The notes under the pieces were generated by a model, which had not been told where the DNA came from, did not search any database, and saw nothing but the letters and a program-made list of their open reading frames with translations. 64,000 nucleotides of DNA from Acidobacteriota bacterium (GTDB taxonomy: Bacteria; Acidobacteriota; UBA6911; RPQK01; JAJDTT01). The DNA is taken from positions 5,024,001 to 5,088,000 of the forward strand of contig OZ242374.1 of the NCBI GenBank assembly GCA_965209055.1, read 5' to 3'. Shown here piece after piece: positions 39,961 to 50,600 of the stretch. The position numbers and the translations under genes are program-made. Within the stretch, counting starts at the first letter, position 1. Each line of letters begins with the position of its first letter.

Positions 39961-41102
39961 GCCGTTTCGCTCCTGCGGTTCCCCTCGCGAGGCAGACTGC
40001 GAACCGCATCCCACAGATTCAGGCGCTCGATGGTGTCGGCCCGGTAGACGCCCACCTCGTCGGCCCCTGCGGCCAAGGCGGCATCGGCGCCTTGGCGGAG
40101 CAGATCCGGTGTCACCAGCTTGGGCGGGCCCCAACAGACCAGTTGGGCCACCAGGGGGACCCGGCCGGCCACGGTCCGGGCAGCCGCGCGCGTGTCCTCG
40201 AAGATGTGAGCCAGATTTCCGGTGAGGTGCCGGATGTGGATCTCGTCCACCAGACCTGCCTCGACCCACGCCGGCCAGTCCTGAAGGCGCTTCCAGGCCG
40301 TCTCCGGATTGGAGGCCACGGCGGCCGTCAGGGTCACCTTCCGCTCCAGGACATCCAGCTTCTGCCTCAGCTCCCGGACGAAGCGCGTGACGTATCCGGC
40401 CCGGAACAGGGTCCAGTCCCGATCCTGATTGGACAGGATCAAGGGATCCCGGCCCGACTCGCGGTGATAGTCCTCGACGATGGCCGCCTCGTAGCCGTAG
40501 ACCATCACCCCATGCTCGTCCACCTGTCCCGGGACCGATTCGATCTGGAATTCCAGTTGGACGCCGTCCACGTCGTAGTCCCGGGCCATTTCCAGAAACG
40601 GCTGCTGCTCGTGGAGGCGGGCCTCGCGCGTCCCGTAGCTGAGGACCACCGATCCTGATACGTCGAAGCAGGTCAATCCGTCCCGGCGCCGCATCCAGAG
40701 TTCGGGGTGGTCATTGGCGAACCGGGTCAGGCGCCATTCGGGCAACCGGGTGCCGCTCTGGTAGTCGATGCCGGTCATTCCCGTGTATCCGACGGCGTTG
40801 TACGGATGGACCTCGATGCCTCTTTGATGGGCCTCCTCCACCAGAAAGGAGAGGGGGTCCCAGCCGTGAACGGAATAGAATCCCGGCACCACGGCCAGGA
40901 TGTCTGCCGGATCGTGTCCTGCGCGGCCGTGGTCGAAACGGAGGCACATCTCCCGGCCCGGGGTATAGCCGGGAATGAACCGATTCACTCCGGCCTCGGC
41001 GCACTGATCCAGAAAGCCGCAGACCTTCTCCCGGTTTCCCTCGGTGGGAAACACGCCGTTGTATCCTCCGATGCCTCCCCAGACGGTGAGCCGTCTCGAC
41101 AT
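39957..41102 (-). CDS. Glycoside-hydrolase-like TIM barrel (GHL10/DUF187-like)
   Basis: WDPL..LVEEAHQRGIEVHPY, HPEL, YDVDGVQLEF, W..FRAGYVTRFVRE, QDWPAWV..GLVD. Confidence 0.75.
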   Translation of the reverse strand: MSRRLTVWGGIGGYNGVFPTEGNREKVCGFLDQCAEAGVNRFIPGYTPGREMCLRFDHGRAGHDPADILAVVPGFYSVHGWDPLSFLVEEAHQRGIEVHPYNAVGYTGMTGIDYQSGTRLPEWRLTRFANDHPELWMRRRDGLTCFDVSGSVVLSYGTREARLHEQQPFLEMARDYDVDGVQLEFQIESVPGQVDEHGVMVYGYEAAIVEDYHRESGRDPLILSNQDRDWTLFRAGYVTRFVRELRQKLDVLERKVTLTAAVASNPETAWKRLQDWPAWVEAGLVDEIHIRHLTGNLAHIFEDTRAAARTVAGRVPLVAQLVCWGPPKLVTPDLLRQGADAALAAGADEVGVYRADTIERLNLWDAVRSLPREGNRRSETA

Positions 41103-41240
41103 GGGCGCTCCTCCTGATCACTCCGCGTACGGACGCCGTATACCTCGGTCGCAAGGAACGACTCGCATGAGGCGGGCCATGATGACACCGGGCGGCAGCC
41201 TCCGCCAGAGGGGGCGAACGACGGAAAGTCTCGCCGATGG

Positions 41241-41460
41241 CTACCGGACGTCCGAAATCCGGAACTTGACCGCCGCCGCATAAGGCCCGGCGAATTTGTC
41301 CGGTGGATTCACGAAGGGACCATGGCCCTGGCGAAGGTAGTCGGCCACCAGGATCTCGCCACCGTCGAGCCGAACGACGCTGGGGTAGCCGCAGTCGCCG
41401 TACAGATTCTCGGCAGCCAGGGTCAGGATGCCGGTCCTGGTCCCAGGTTCGGGCCCGGAC
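41241..41460 (-). pseudogene. Remnant C-terminus of a sialidase/BNR-repeat protein
   Basis: Minus strand reads RTWDQDR, then a 1-nt shift, then ILTLAAENLYGDCGYPSVVRLDGGEILVADY...VKFRISDVR-stop. No intact N-terminal part was found. Confidence 0.55.
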
Positions 41461-41939
41461 CCGGCACCGGGGGCCGCACTGGCACGACAGCGAGGTCTCC
41501 CGCCCGATGCGGTTCGTCGAGTCTCTTACGGGGATTGCCGGCCGCGTGGCCCGGCAGATCCGGATCCTGTTGGAGAGCCTGGAGCACCGCCGCCGGTATC
41601 GCGCGCTGGCTCCGAGTTGGGTCGGTACCGGGAACTCCAGGAACCGGAAATTCGGGCCGAGTTCAGGAAGAGGAATCCAGCTTGCTCCGGGTCCGACCCC
41701 GGAGCAAGCCTCGGTTCGGCGCTTGCAGGCATCGGCCCGATCCCAGTGCCGGATTGGAGGCGCATCGGCCTCTGCGGGCTCCAATGATGGCGACTTGGGG
41801 CAAAATGAAACAGAAAAGTCACGGTATCACTAGAAAATAGTCTAATATTTTCACGATAAAATTACTCTTTTGGTCGGGTTCCTGATCCAATAGCTGACTG
41901 AATCGTTCATTCATCGATGCCTAGAGGAGGTGTAAGCGC

Positions 41940-44426
41940 TTGCCAAAAAGTTCCGGTCGCCGGAGGCGGCATAAGCACTCCGTCCGGATTGTCCTGCTCG
42001 CGCTGTTCGTCTTATGGGGGCCGATTGAAGGGCTGGCGCAATCTATTTGCGACCGCACCGCAGGCATCGTTGCCGCGATCCTGGCCGAGCTTCCGGAGGG
42101 CACAGCGTGCGGCGACGTAACGGCCCAGCAGCTTGCAGGGATCACCGAACTGGACGCTGAGAATCAAGGGATCGCCAGCTTGACAGAGGCCGATTTCGCG
42201 GGGCTAACCAGCCTCACGAGACTCGAGTTATCACACAACGACTTGACCGAATTGCCCGACGGTTTCTTCACGTGGCTCCCGCCCCTGGAGCGCTTCGCCA
42301 TTAGCCACAATCCGGAGACCGGCGGAAGGTTGCGCCGCTACTTCGAGGTTCTGAGGGCGGGCGAGGACACGCCGGACGGTACCCCGGTGCGCGTCCGCAT
42401 GAGGCAAGGCGCTTCCAAAGAGTTTTCGATGTCCCTGGTGGCGCGGGAGCGCGAGTACCCTGACGTACCGGTCCAAACGTCAGTCAATCGGAGGCGGAGG
42501 AATCCGGCAGACCCTGTGGTCACGGTCAGGCAGCGTGAAATCTACAGCGAAGTGGTCACCGTAAAACGCTCAGGTCCCGGCCAAAGCTCCATCATTCCGT
42601 TTGGTATTCAAGCAGATTACGACACCTGCGACCTTTCGACCTGTTGGGCTGGACTCTCTCTTGTCTACTACCCGCTGGATATAGGGACGGCGCCGCTGCC
42701 TCCTCCCGCAAATGCGTGGAGCCCATCCGACGACGACCTCCCGGGTTCCCAACTGCTGTTCATCGCCGACACGGGGACCAGCGCCCGAGACCAAGCGGGG
42801 ACCGGCATCCCGGACTCTCGAAGTGTCTCGGACCTGTTGGGGACGACGGAGGCCGCTCAGAAGAACTTCATCTCCGTTGCCAACACCAGCGAGCACCGGG
42901 CGGTGACGGTGCTGTTTCAATATCACAACGACGAGATGAAACGTGTTCTCTGGTACCTGCGGGTTCTGAGGGCCGGCGCCGCGGTCCTGGTCGATCCCTT
43001 CGATCACGAGATTCCAGGCACTGCTGACGGAGAGGGCGCCGGGGGGAGGGTGAACGTCAAGGATATCCTCTTCGACACGATCCCGGCTCTGAGTTCCGAA
43101 GAGGATGCCGGCTTCAATTCCGGGCGATTCGTGATTGCCGTCACGGCGGTGGGTGCAAACACGGTCGACGATCCCGACACCAGCGACAACGAAAGCAACA
43201 CGGCTGACACGGCGAACATCCTCTTCCCCACCTTCCTGGCCAAGGACCTGCACGGGGTGGACAACATCGACAATTGCGGGGAGATCAGGACGGCCGTCGG
43301 CGCCACCGACGAAGACAACAACCTCGAATACACCGGGCATGGCATTGACGGAGCCAATGATTGCTCCCAAGCGAGCGACGCTGCCGGTGCCGACGATACC
43401 TCCAGGAACGTCGGCGACTTGAGCATCCACAACTACCAGCCCCTGGCTTTCAACTGGTTGACCGGCCACCACACGGCGGCCCAGCTCCTTCCGGACCTGG
43501 GCGAGGGGATCGCCTGGGGCGTGAACGCCTTGACGCGTCCGGGCATTTCGACCTCCGGGTCGGCGGATGCGGTTACCACCCGGATCGATGTCCCCTATAC
43601 CGTCCTGGACGGCGCGGACGGTGCCCGGTTGGCCCCCAAGGTGCATGGGGGCGCCGAGGAGGTCAACGCAGCGACCGACGACGACAACCGAGCCGACGAC
43701 AGCGGCGCCGGGTCTCCCGTGGCCCAGGATCCGACGGCCTCGGAGAACAACCGGGTCGTCAACGGCGGGGCGCTTGTTTGGCCGGCCCTGTACCGGACCG
43801 TCCACCAGGAGCAGCGGGTCCGCTTCCTGTCCGTGGCGGATGATTTCGGCGACCCTGGCGAGTACCAACTCCTTGCCGCCAGGACTCTGTACAGGATCGC
43901 GCTCCACGATGCCATGGGAAATGTATTGTCGTTCCCCGAGACGGATCTCCCAGTGTTCGGTGGACTGCCCCTTCCCGAGCCTCCGCCGAGCCTCCATGTC
44001 CTGGTGGATGGGATCGGAGTCCTGCCCAATGCTTCTCCGGCGGATTGCATTGGGAATGCCCGGGTCGAAGGTTGGAGCTTGGCCGACCTGACGGACATCG
44101 TCCCCTCGGCGGCCGCCGGTGGGACCGGCTTTGCGGGTCTGGACGCCCCGGTCGATCCGGAGACGAACGCTTCATCGGGGTGGGTGAGATTCCACCGCGC
44201 CCAGGTCACATGCACCAGGGACTTTGGAGACGGAGACCCTTCCGACAGCGTGATTGAGATTCCCGATGGCGTTCCGACCCAGGACAAGAGATCGTTCATC
44301 GGCGGCACCGTGGTGGTGGAGAAGGAGACGGCGAACCGCACCTTCGTCACGGCGGGGCAAGTCGTCGTGAGATTCCTGACCCCGCACTCGGCCTTCGGGG
44401 CCTCCTGGTGGCTGGGCGAAGATTAG
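41940..44426 (+). CDS. Secreted protein with an N-terminal leucine-rich repeat module and an acidic C-terminal domain of unknown function
   Basis: GAGGAGG RBS and TTG start, signal peptide, ICDRT..CGDVT cap, LRRs LTSLTRLELSHNDLTELP; Asp-rich C-terminal region. Confidence 0.85.
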   Translation: MPKSSGRRRRHKHSVRIVLLALFVLWGPIEGLAQSICDRTAGIVAAILAELPEGTACGDVTAQQLAGITELDAENQGIASLTEADFAGLTSLTRLELSHNDLTELPDGFFTWLPPLERFAISHNPETGGRLRRYFEVLRAGEDTPDGTPVRVRMRQGASKEFSMSLVAREREYPDVPVQTSVNRRRRNPADPVVTVRQREIYSEVVTVKRSGPGQSSIIPFGIQADYDTCDLSTCWAGLSLVYYPLDIGTAPLPPPANAWSPSDDDLPGSQLLFIADTGTSARDQAGTGIPDSRSVSDLLGTTEAAQKNFISVANTSEHRAVTVLFQYHNDEMKRVLWYLRVLRAGAAVLVDPFDHEIPGTADGEGAGGRVNVKDILFDTIPALSSEEDAGFNSGRFVIAVTAVGANTVDDPDTSDNESNTADTANILFPTFLAKDLHGVDNIDNCGEIRTAVGATDEDNNLEYTGHGIDGANDCSQASDAAGADDTSRNVGDLSIHNYQPLAFNWLTGHHTAAQLLPDLGEGIAWGVNALTRPGISTSGSADAVTTRIDVPYTVLDGADGARLAPKVHGGAEEVNAATDDDNRADDSGAGSPVAQDPTASENNRVVNGGALVWPALYRTVHQEQRVRFLSVADDFGDPGEYQLLAARTLYRIALHDAMGNVLSFPETDLPVFGGLPLPEPPPSLHVLVDGIGVLPNASPADCIGNARVEGWSLADLTDIVPSAAAGGTGFAGLDAPVDPETNASSGWVRFHRAQVTCTRDFGDGDPSDSVIEIPDGVPTQDKRSFIGGTVVVEKETANRTFVTAGQVVVRFLTPHSAFGASWWLGED

Positions 44427-44451
44427 GTATGCAAAATTCGGGAACCAGGCT

Positions 44452-47400
44452 CTAGCCTGGAGCATCCTGGCCAACAGGATCCAGGGACGCGGACGGGTCG
44501 CTGGCTTGCCAGCTCCGCTTCAGCCACATGGTCAAGTCGTCGAAGAGGGTGTAGTAGGTGGGCAGCACCAGCAGCGTCAGCACCGTGGAGGCGATGAGTC
44601 CGCCCATGACGGTGCGGGCCATGGGAAAGTAACGCAGGTCGAAAAAGCTGCTGTAGCTGTAGGCCAGCGGAATCAGGCCCACGACCGTGGTGGTCGCCGT
44701 CATCACGATGGGCCGGAACCGATCGCGGCAACCTTGCAGAATCGCGCGGCGGCGGTCGATCCCGCGGCGCCGAAGGGTGTTGATGCGGTCGATGAGGACG
44801 ATGCCGTTGTTCACCACGATTCCGATGAGCACCAGGAGGCCGATCTTGGCCATTATGTTGAAGGGCGTGCCGGTGATGAGCAGAAAGCCGGCGATTCCCA
44901 CCACCGAAAAGGGCAGCGACAGCATGATGGCCAACGGATGGGTCAGGGATTCGAATAGCGAGGCCATGACGAAATAGACCATGAAGAGCGCCAGCAGGAT
45001 GTTGAAGATCCACTCCTGATCCGATTGCTGGTTCCGCCGGGTCCAGAAGCCCAGCGACCACCCGTAGCCCACCGGATAGTCCAAGCCGTCCATGACCTCC
45101 GTCATCTGCCGGATGCCCTCGTCCTTCTTGTCTCCGGAATAGGTGGCGAAGAAGTTGGCATAGGTCTGCCGGTCCTCCCGCTGGACCTGAGCCGCAACCT
45201 TCTCGATCCGAAGCTCGGCGACCTGAGACAGGAGGATCTCCTCGCCGTCGTCTCCGTATCCCACCACGGCCGAGCGCAGGTCTTCCAGCCCGCTCCGGTC
45301 CTCCGGCCGGAGCCGGACGATGACGTCCACCTCCCCTTCCGACGTGCGGAAGCCCCGAACCTGTCGGCCTCGCATCAGAATCCCCAGGATCTGGGAGACG
45401 GATTGAGTGGAAACGCCGTAGCGCCGGGCCAGGTCCCGGCGCAGGCGGACCTGAACCTCCTCGCGAGTGCTGTCCCGGGGCGAGGACACCTGGGAAAAGT
45501 CCGGATTTTCCCGCAGGCGGGTCCGGGCCTCGCGCAGCAGTCTCTCCAGGACTCGAGGATCATCGCCGTAGAGGCTCACGTTGATCCCTTCCCGGTTCTG
45601 CCTTCCGCTCTGGCCGGACAACTCGATCCGGCAACCCGGGATCACCGGGAGACCGTCCGAGATCTCCAGGCGGATCTCCTCCATCTCTTCCAGGCTGACC
45701 TCGTCATCGTGAAGATAGATTTCGGTCGAGGCATTGTTGTTGGAGAAGGAGCTGAAGACCTGGTCGATCTTGAAGGCTTCCTTGTTCTCCGCCAGGAAGG
45801 ATTCCACCGGATCGACGTAGTCCCTTTCGATCTTGGCGTAGTGATAGTTCTCGGTGAATTCGTAACTGATCCGGAGGCTGCCCGGCTCCTGGGCGTCCGG
45901 AGCGTTGTCGGGGACCACGTTCAGAAGCAGCCAGGTCGAACCGGCGACCGCCAGTGGAACCATCAGGAAACCCACCAGGAAGCGATGCCTCAGGGGCCAG
46001 GCCACCAGTTTCAGGTAGTAATCCATGATCCGCCGGCGGCCCGGCTTCCGTCCGTGCCCGGCGTCAGGGACGTCGCCTCCTCCGGCGGGGGTCGGTGCGG
46101 CGCCGGCGGCACGAGCCACGTCCAGCTTCAGAAAGCGTCCCATGGCCAAGGGGATCAGGGTCAACGAGAGGAACAGGGAACAGAGGAGCGCGAAGATGAT
46201 GGCCAGACCGCAGTGGCGAAGCCAGAAACTGAGAAAGCTCTCGGCGCCGAAGACCAGGGGGACGAAAATAATGATGGAGGTGAGGGTGGCCGCGATCACC
46301 GCCATCTGCACCTCCTGGGTGCCCTGTTTGACCGCCTGCAGGCGGTCTGCCCCTTGCTCCAGGTTCCGGTAGATCGATTCCAACACGACGATGGCGTTGT
46401 CCACCAACATTCCCGTCGCCAGCATCAACCCCATCATGGAGAGGACGTTCAGGCTCAGGCCGCCGAAGTAGAGGAACCCGAGGCTTCCGACCAGAGAGAG
46501 GGGGATGGCCAGGGCAACCACCAGGGCCGCGCTCCACTTGCGAAGGAAGAGGACCAGGACCCCCAGAGCCAGGAGCGCGCCGACGGTGCCGGCGGTGAGG
46601 AGTCCCTTCAGGGCCTTGACGATCTCCGCGCCGGCGTTGCGGATGACGTCCAGTTGGATTCCCTCGAGCGCGGGGTCCGACCTGATCGTTTCCAGTTCCG
46701 CCTCAACGCCCCGCACCGTCGTCACGGTGTTGGCTTCGGCCGCCTTGCGGACCCAGAGACCCACTGCGTACTCGCCGTTGAGGTGCTGGCTGGCATGGGC
46801 CGCGGGACTCTCGTAAACCACGTTGGCGACGTTTTCCAGCAGCAGACCCCGCTCGTTCACGGGAAAACGCTTGAAGTCTTCCATGGATCGGAACATGCCC
46901 CGGGTCATGGCGCCGTAGCGGACTCCGCCGTCCGTGAACCGGCCCAGGGAACGGTCCAGGTTGATGTCGGAAAGGCTCCGGAAAAGCCGGCCCGCATCCA
47001 CCCGGTACCTTCGGAGCTCATCGAGACTCAGATACACGGCGATCTCGGGCCTCTGGGTTCCGAAGAGTTCGACCTCGGCCACTCCCGGGACCCGCTCGAT
47101 CCGTCTCTTGATCTTCAGGTCCAGGAACTCGTAGGCGGTCTGCAAGTTCCTCTCGGACGCGACCCGCAGTCCCAAAATGGGCGCATCGTCGGTACTGAAG
47201 TTCACCACGTCGATCCGCTCAACGTCTTCCGGCAGTTCACTGCGGATCCGCTCGACCCTCTCCCTCACTTCCCCGCGCAGCCGCTGGACATCCATCTCAA
47301 AATCGAAAAAGGTCTGCACCCCGGACCTGCCGCTGCTGGAGAAAGACTGCATCCACTGGATTCCGGGGACCGTGCTCACGGCCTCTTCCACCGGTTTGGT

Positions 47401-47646
47401 GATGGTCTGCAGAACATGGGCCGGAGTGGCGTTGGGATAGGGAACCTGCACCATCACGAAGGGCAGGTCCAGGTCGGGAAACAGCACCAGGGGGATCTTG
47501 AACAGGGAGACCACGCCGACCAGGAGCAGCAGGGAGAAGACGGCGCAGATGGTCACCGGATAGCGGACGGAGAAGCCGGCCAGCGCCGAGGACCTGGGGC
47601 TTCCGGTGGGAGTCGATGAGGAATTCGGTTGCCGCTTACCCCGCAT
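44452..47646 (-). CDS. RND efflux transporter permease subunit
   Basis: AcrB-like layout; GMLVDNAIVVLESI, GIVVNNGIVLID, RFRPIVMT. Confidence 0.95.
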   Translation of the reverse strand: MRGKRQPNSSSTPTGSPRSSALAGFSVRYPVTICAVFSLLLLVGVVSLFKIPLVLFPDLDLPFVMVQVPYPNATPAHVLQTITKPVEEAVSTVPGIQWMQSFSSSGRSGVQTFFDFEMDVQRLRGEVRERVERIRSELPEDVERIDVVNFSTDDAPILGLRVASERNLQTAYEFLDLKIKRRIERVPGVAEVELFGTQRPEIAVYLSLDELRRYRVDAGRLFRSLSDINLDRSLGRFTDGGVRYGAMTRGMFRSMEDFKRFPVNERGLLLENVANVVYESPAAHASQHLNGEYAVGLWVRKAAEANTVTTVRGVEAELETIRSDPALEGIQLDVIRNAGAEIVKALKGLLTAGTVGALLALGVLVLFLRKWSAALVVALAIPLSLVGSLGFLYFGGLSLNVLSMMGLMLATGMLVDNAIVVLESIYRNLEQGADRLQAVKQGTQEVQMAVIAATLTSIIIFVPLVFGAESFLSFWLRHCGLAIIFALLCSLFLSLTLIPLAMGRFLKLDVARAAGAAPTPAGGGDVPDAGHGRKPGRRRIMDYYLKLVAWPLRHRFLVGFLMVPLAVAGSTWLLLNVVPDNAPDAQEPGSLRISYEFTENYHYAKIERDYVDPVESFLAENKEAFKIDQVFSSFSNNNASTEIYLHDDEVSLEEMEEIRLEISDGLPVIPGCRIELSGQSGRQNREGINVSLYGDDPRVLERLLREARTRLRENPDFSQVSSPRDSTREEVQVRLRRDLARRYGVSTQSVSQILGILMRGRQVRGFRTSEGEVDVIVRLRPEDRSGLEDLRSAVVGYGDDGEEILLSQVAELRIEKVAAQVQREDRQTYANFFATYSGDKKDEGIRQMTEVMDGLDYPVGYGWSLGFWTRRNQQSDQEWIFNILLALFMVYFVMASLFESLTHPLAIMLSLPFSVVGIAGFLLITGTPFNIMAKIGLLVLIGIVVNNGIVLIDRINTLRRRGIDRRRAILQGCRDRFRPIVMTATTTVVGLIPLAYSYSSFFDLRYFPMARTVMGGLIASTVLTLLVLPTYYTLFDDLTMWLKRSWQASDPSASLDPVGQDAPG

Positions 47647-50600
47647 GGCTTGAAGTCTCCGCTCTACGGTCCAGCCCCTCGTAGAGCACCGGCACCAGGA
47701 TCAACGTCAGGAGGGTGGCGAAAAGCAATCCGCCCATCACGGTAATGGCCATGGGGGTTCGCACCTCCGAGCCCTCGCCCCAGCCCAGGGCCATGGGAAG
47801 CAGTCCCAGGACCGTGGTCAAGGTGGTCATGAGGATGGGCCGCAATCGCACCTGCCCCGCCTCGATCAGCGCCTCGCGCCGGCTCAATCCCCGGTGGCGG
47901 AGCTGATTGGTGTAGTCGATCAGGACGATTCCGTTGTTGACCACGATCCCGACCAGGATGATCACGCCCAGCAGAACCATGACACTGACGGTGGAGCCGG
48001 TCACGAATAGCGCGGCCACCACCCCCACCAGGGCCACCGGAACCGTGAACAGGATGACGAAAGGGTGGACCAGGGACTCGAATTGCGATGCCATTACCAG
48101 ATAGACCAGGAGCACGGCCAGAGCCAGGGCGAAGAGCAGGCTGCTCCGGGAACGGTCGTACTCGCGGTGTTGCCCGCCCAGCGCCACCACTGAGTCGGGC
48201 GGCAATTCCCGGGACATCCCGGAGAGCTGAGCCTCGATCTTTTGGGAGACGGTGCCCAGATCCGCTCCCGCCAGGTTGGCCGACACCACGGCCGCGCGCT
48301 GGGAACCGACACGGCGGATCTCACCGGGTCCCCGCGAGAGCTGAACCCGGGCCACGGACCCCAACCGGATCGGCACCTGGGAATCTTCTTCCCCGGCCTC
48401 GGAACCCATCTCCGTCCGGCCCGGATTCGATCCGGACGCCGCGCCGCCTTCACCGGAGCGCTCGCCGAACGCACGGGACCGGGCGCCATCCTGGGCGCCA
48501 CTCCGGTTTCCATCGGCGCCGGTGCGTTCCTGCCGGGTATTGATGACAAGGTCGCGAATATCCTGAATGGCGTCCCGGTCCGATTCGGCCGCCTGGACCA
48601 GAATATCGAGCTGCCTCTCCTGGTCCCGGTAGCGGGAGGCGACGTCGCCGCGGATCTTGCTCCTCACGATCTCGGCCGCCTGACCCTCGTCCAGACCCAG
48701 GCGAGCCAATTGCTCCCGCCGAAAACTGATCTGGACCTCCGGATTCCCCAATCGGGTCGAACTCTGAACATCGGCGACGCCGTCGATCCCGGAAAGCCGA
48801 TCCATCACCTTCTCGGCGACGCTCCGCTGCGCCGCCAGGTCGTAGCTGTAGATCTCCACCTCCACCGGCTCTCTGAAGCTGAACAGGGTGGGACGGCCAA
48901 ACAGGTGGGTGAGTCCCGGATATTGTCCCAGCAGGCTTCTGGTCCGGCCGATCACCCTCTCCTCGCCCGCTTTGTCGCGGCCGTCCTTCATGGAGACGTG
49001 AATCCAGCCCCGGTGCTCTTCGAGCGGACCCGTGGCGAACTGGTCATCGGCCCCTCCTCCCACGCTGGAGGAGACGGTGGCCACGCCGTCCAGATCCAAC
49101 ACCCGGCTCTCGACTTCCCGGATGATCCGATCGGTCTCTTCCAGGGGTTTCCCTTGGGGAAGCTGGATCTCGAAGGAGAACTTTCCCTGAACCAGGGACG
49201 GAATCAACTCGGCTCCGAGGAACTGGGCCAGTCCGGCGCTGCCGGCCACAAGGCCCAAGGTGAGAGTCAATACGCTCCCCTTGTGGTCGAGAGCCCAGGC
49301 CAGGAGGCGGGGATAGATTCTCCGCAGAGACTCGAAGCCGGAATCGACCCGTCCCAGCAACGGGTTCAAGAGTCTCAACAGGCCTCTTCCCAGAGTCCTG
49401 AGCAGTCGCCGCAGGTCGCCGACGACGACGAGAACCAGATCCACGGTGAGGAACTTCAAGACCCGCGCCCCCCCGCGTCCCGCGGCTCGCACCAGGCGCG
49501 ACAGCCGGCCATCCTCTCCGCCTGCGGCGGGGGCCTGCCCGTTTCCGGACCGGCGGACCGGCTCCACCGAAATCCTTCGCCGGGACAGGACCATGGGAAT
49601 GACGGTGAGGGCGACGGCCAGGGAGGCGAGCAGGGCGTAGGTGATGGTCAGGGCCTGATCCTTGAAGAGCTGGCCGGCGATTCCCTCCACGAAGATCATG
49701 GGGAGAAAGACGGCCACCGTGGTCAGCGTCGACGCCGCCACCGCCTTCCCGACCTCACGGGTGCCCTGGTAGACGGCCTCCGCCAGATCCGCATTCCGCC
49801 GGCGATGGCGGTGGATCGATTCCAACACCACGATGGAGTTGTCCACCAGCATCCCGACGCCCAGAGCCACGCCGCCCAGCGACATGATGTTCAGGGTCAC
49901 GCCGGTCTGGTGCATCAGGGTGAACGTGGCCATGACGGAAATGGGGATGGAGAGTCCGATGGTGGCGGTGCTGCGAAGGTCCCGGAGGAAGACGAACAGG
50001 ACGAACGTGGCCAGCAAACCTCCCAGGAGGGCCGCGGCGGCGACGTTCCGAATCGCCAGATTGATGAACTGCGCCTGGTCGTAGACGATCTCGTGGGTCA
50101 ACTCGCCGGGATAGGTCTTCTGCTCCTTGAGCTGCTCCAGACGTTCTCTCACCGCTTCGGAAACCGCCACCGCGTTGGCGTCGCCTTCCTTGTAGACGCG
50201 CAGTTCCACGCTCTCCCGGCCGTTGAAGCGGGAGATGACGTCCCGCTCCTTGGTCCCCCGCCAGACTCTGGCCACGTCTCCCAGAACCACCCGGCGTCCG
50301 TCCAGATCCCGAATGATGAGATTCCGGATCTCCTCCACCGATTGGAATTCGTTGAGCACCCGGACCAGGTAGTTGGCGTCCAGGTCATACAGGCTCCCGC
50401 TGGCCTGATTGAGGTTCGCCTCGCGAATCACGCTGCTGACCTCGCTGACCGGAATGTTCAGCTCCGCCAGCCGTTTCTCCTCGATCTCGATCCGGATCTG
50501 CTCCTCCCGGCCGCCCGCCACTTTGACCGCCGCCACGCCCGAGGTCGATTCCAGCCCCTGCTTCACTTTGCGCTCGGCCAGGTCCCGGATGCGGCTGAGG

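Noticed and set aside
40711-41840. Several 100-357-aa ORFs on both strands
   Set aside because: Arg/Pro/Gly-rich with no motifs; only the short sialidase-like remnant looks protein-derived.
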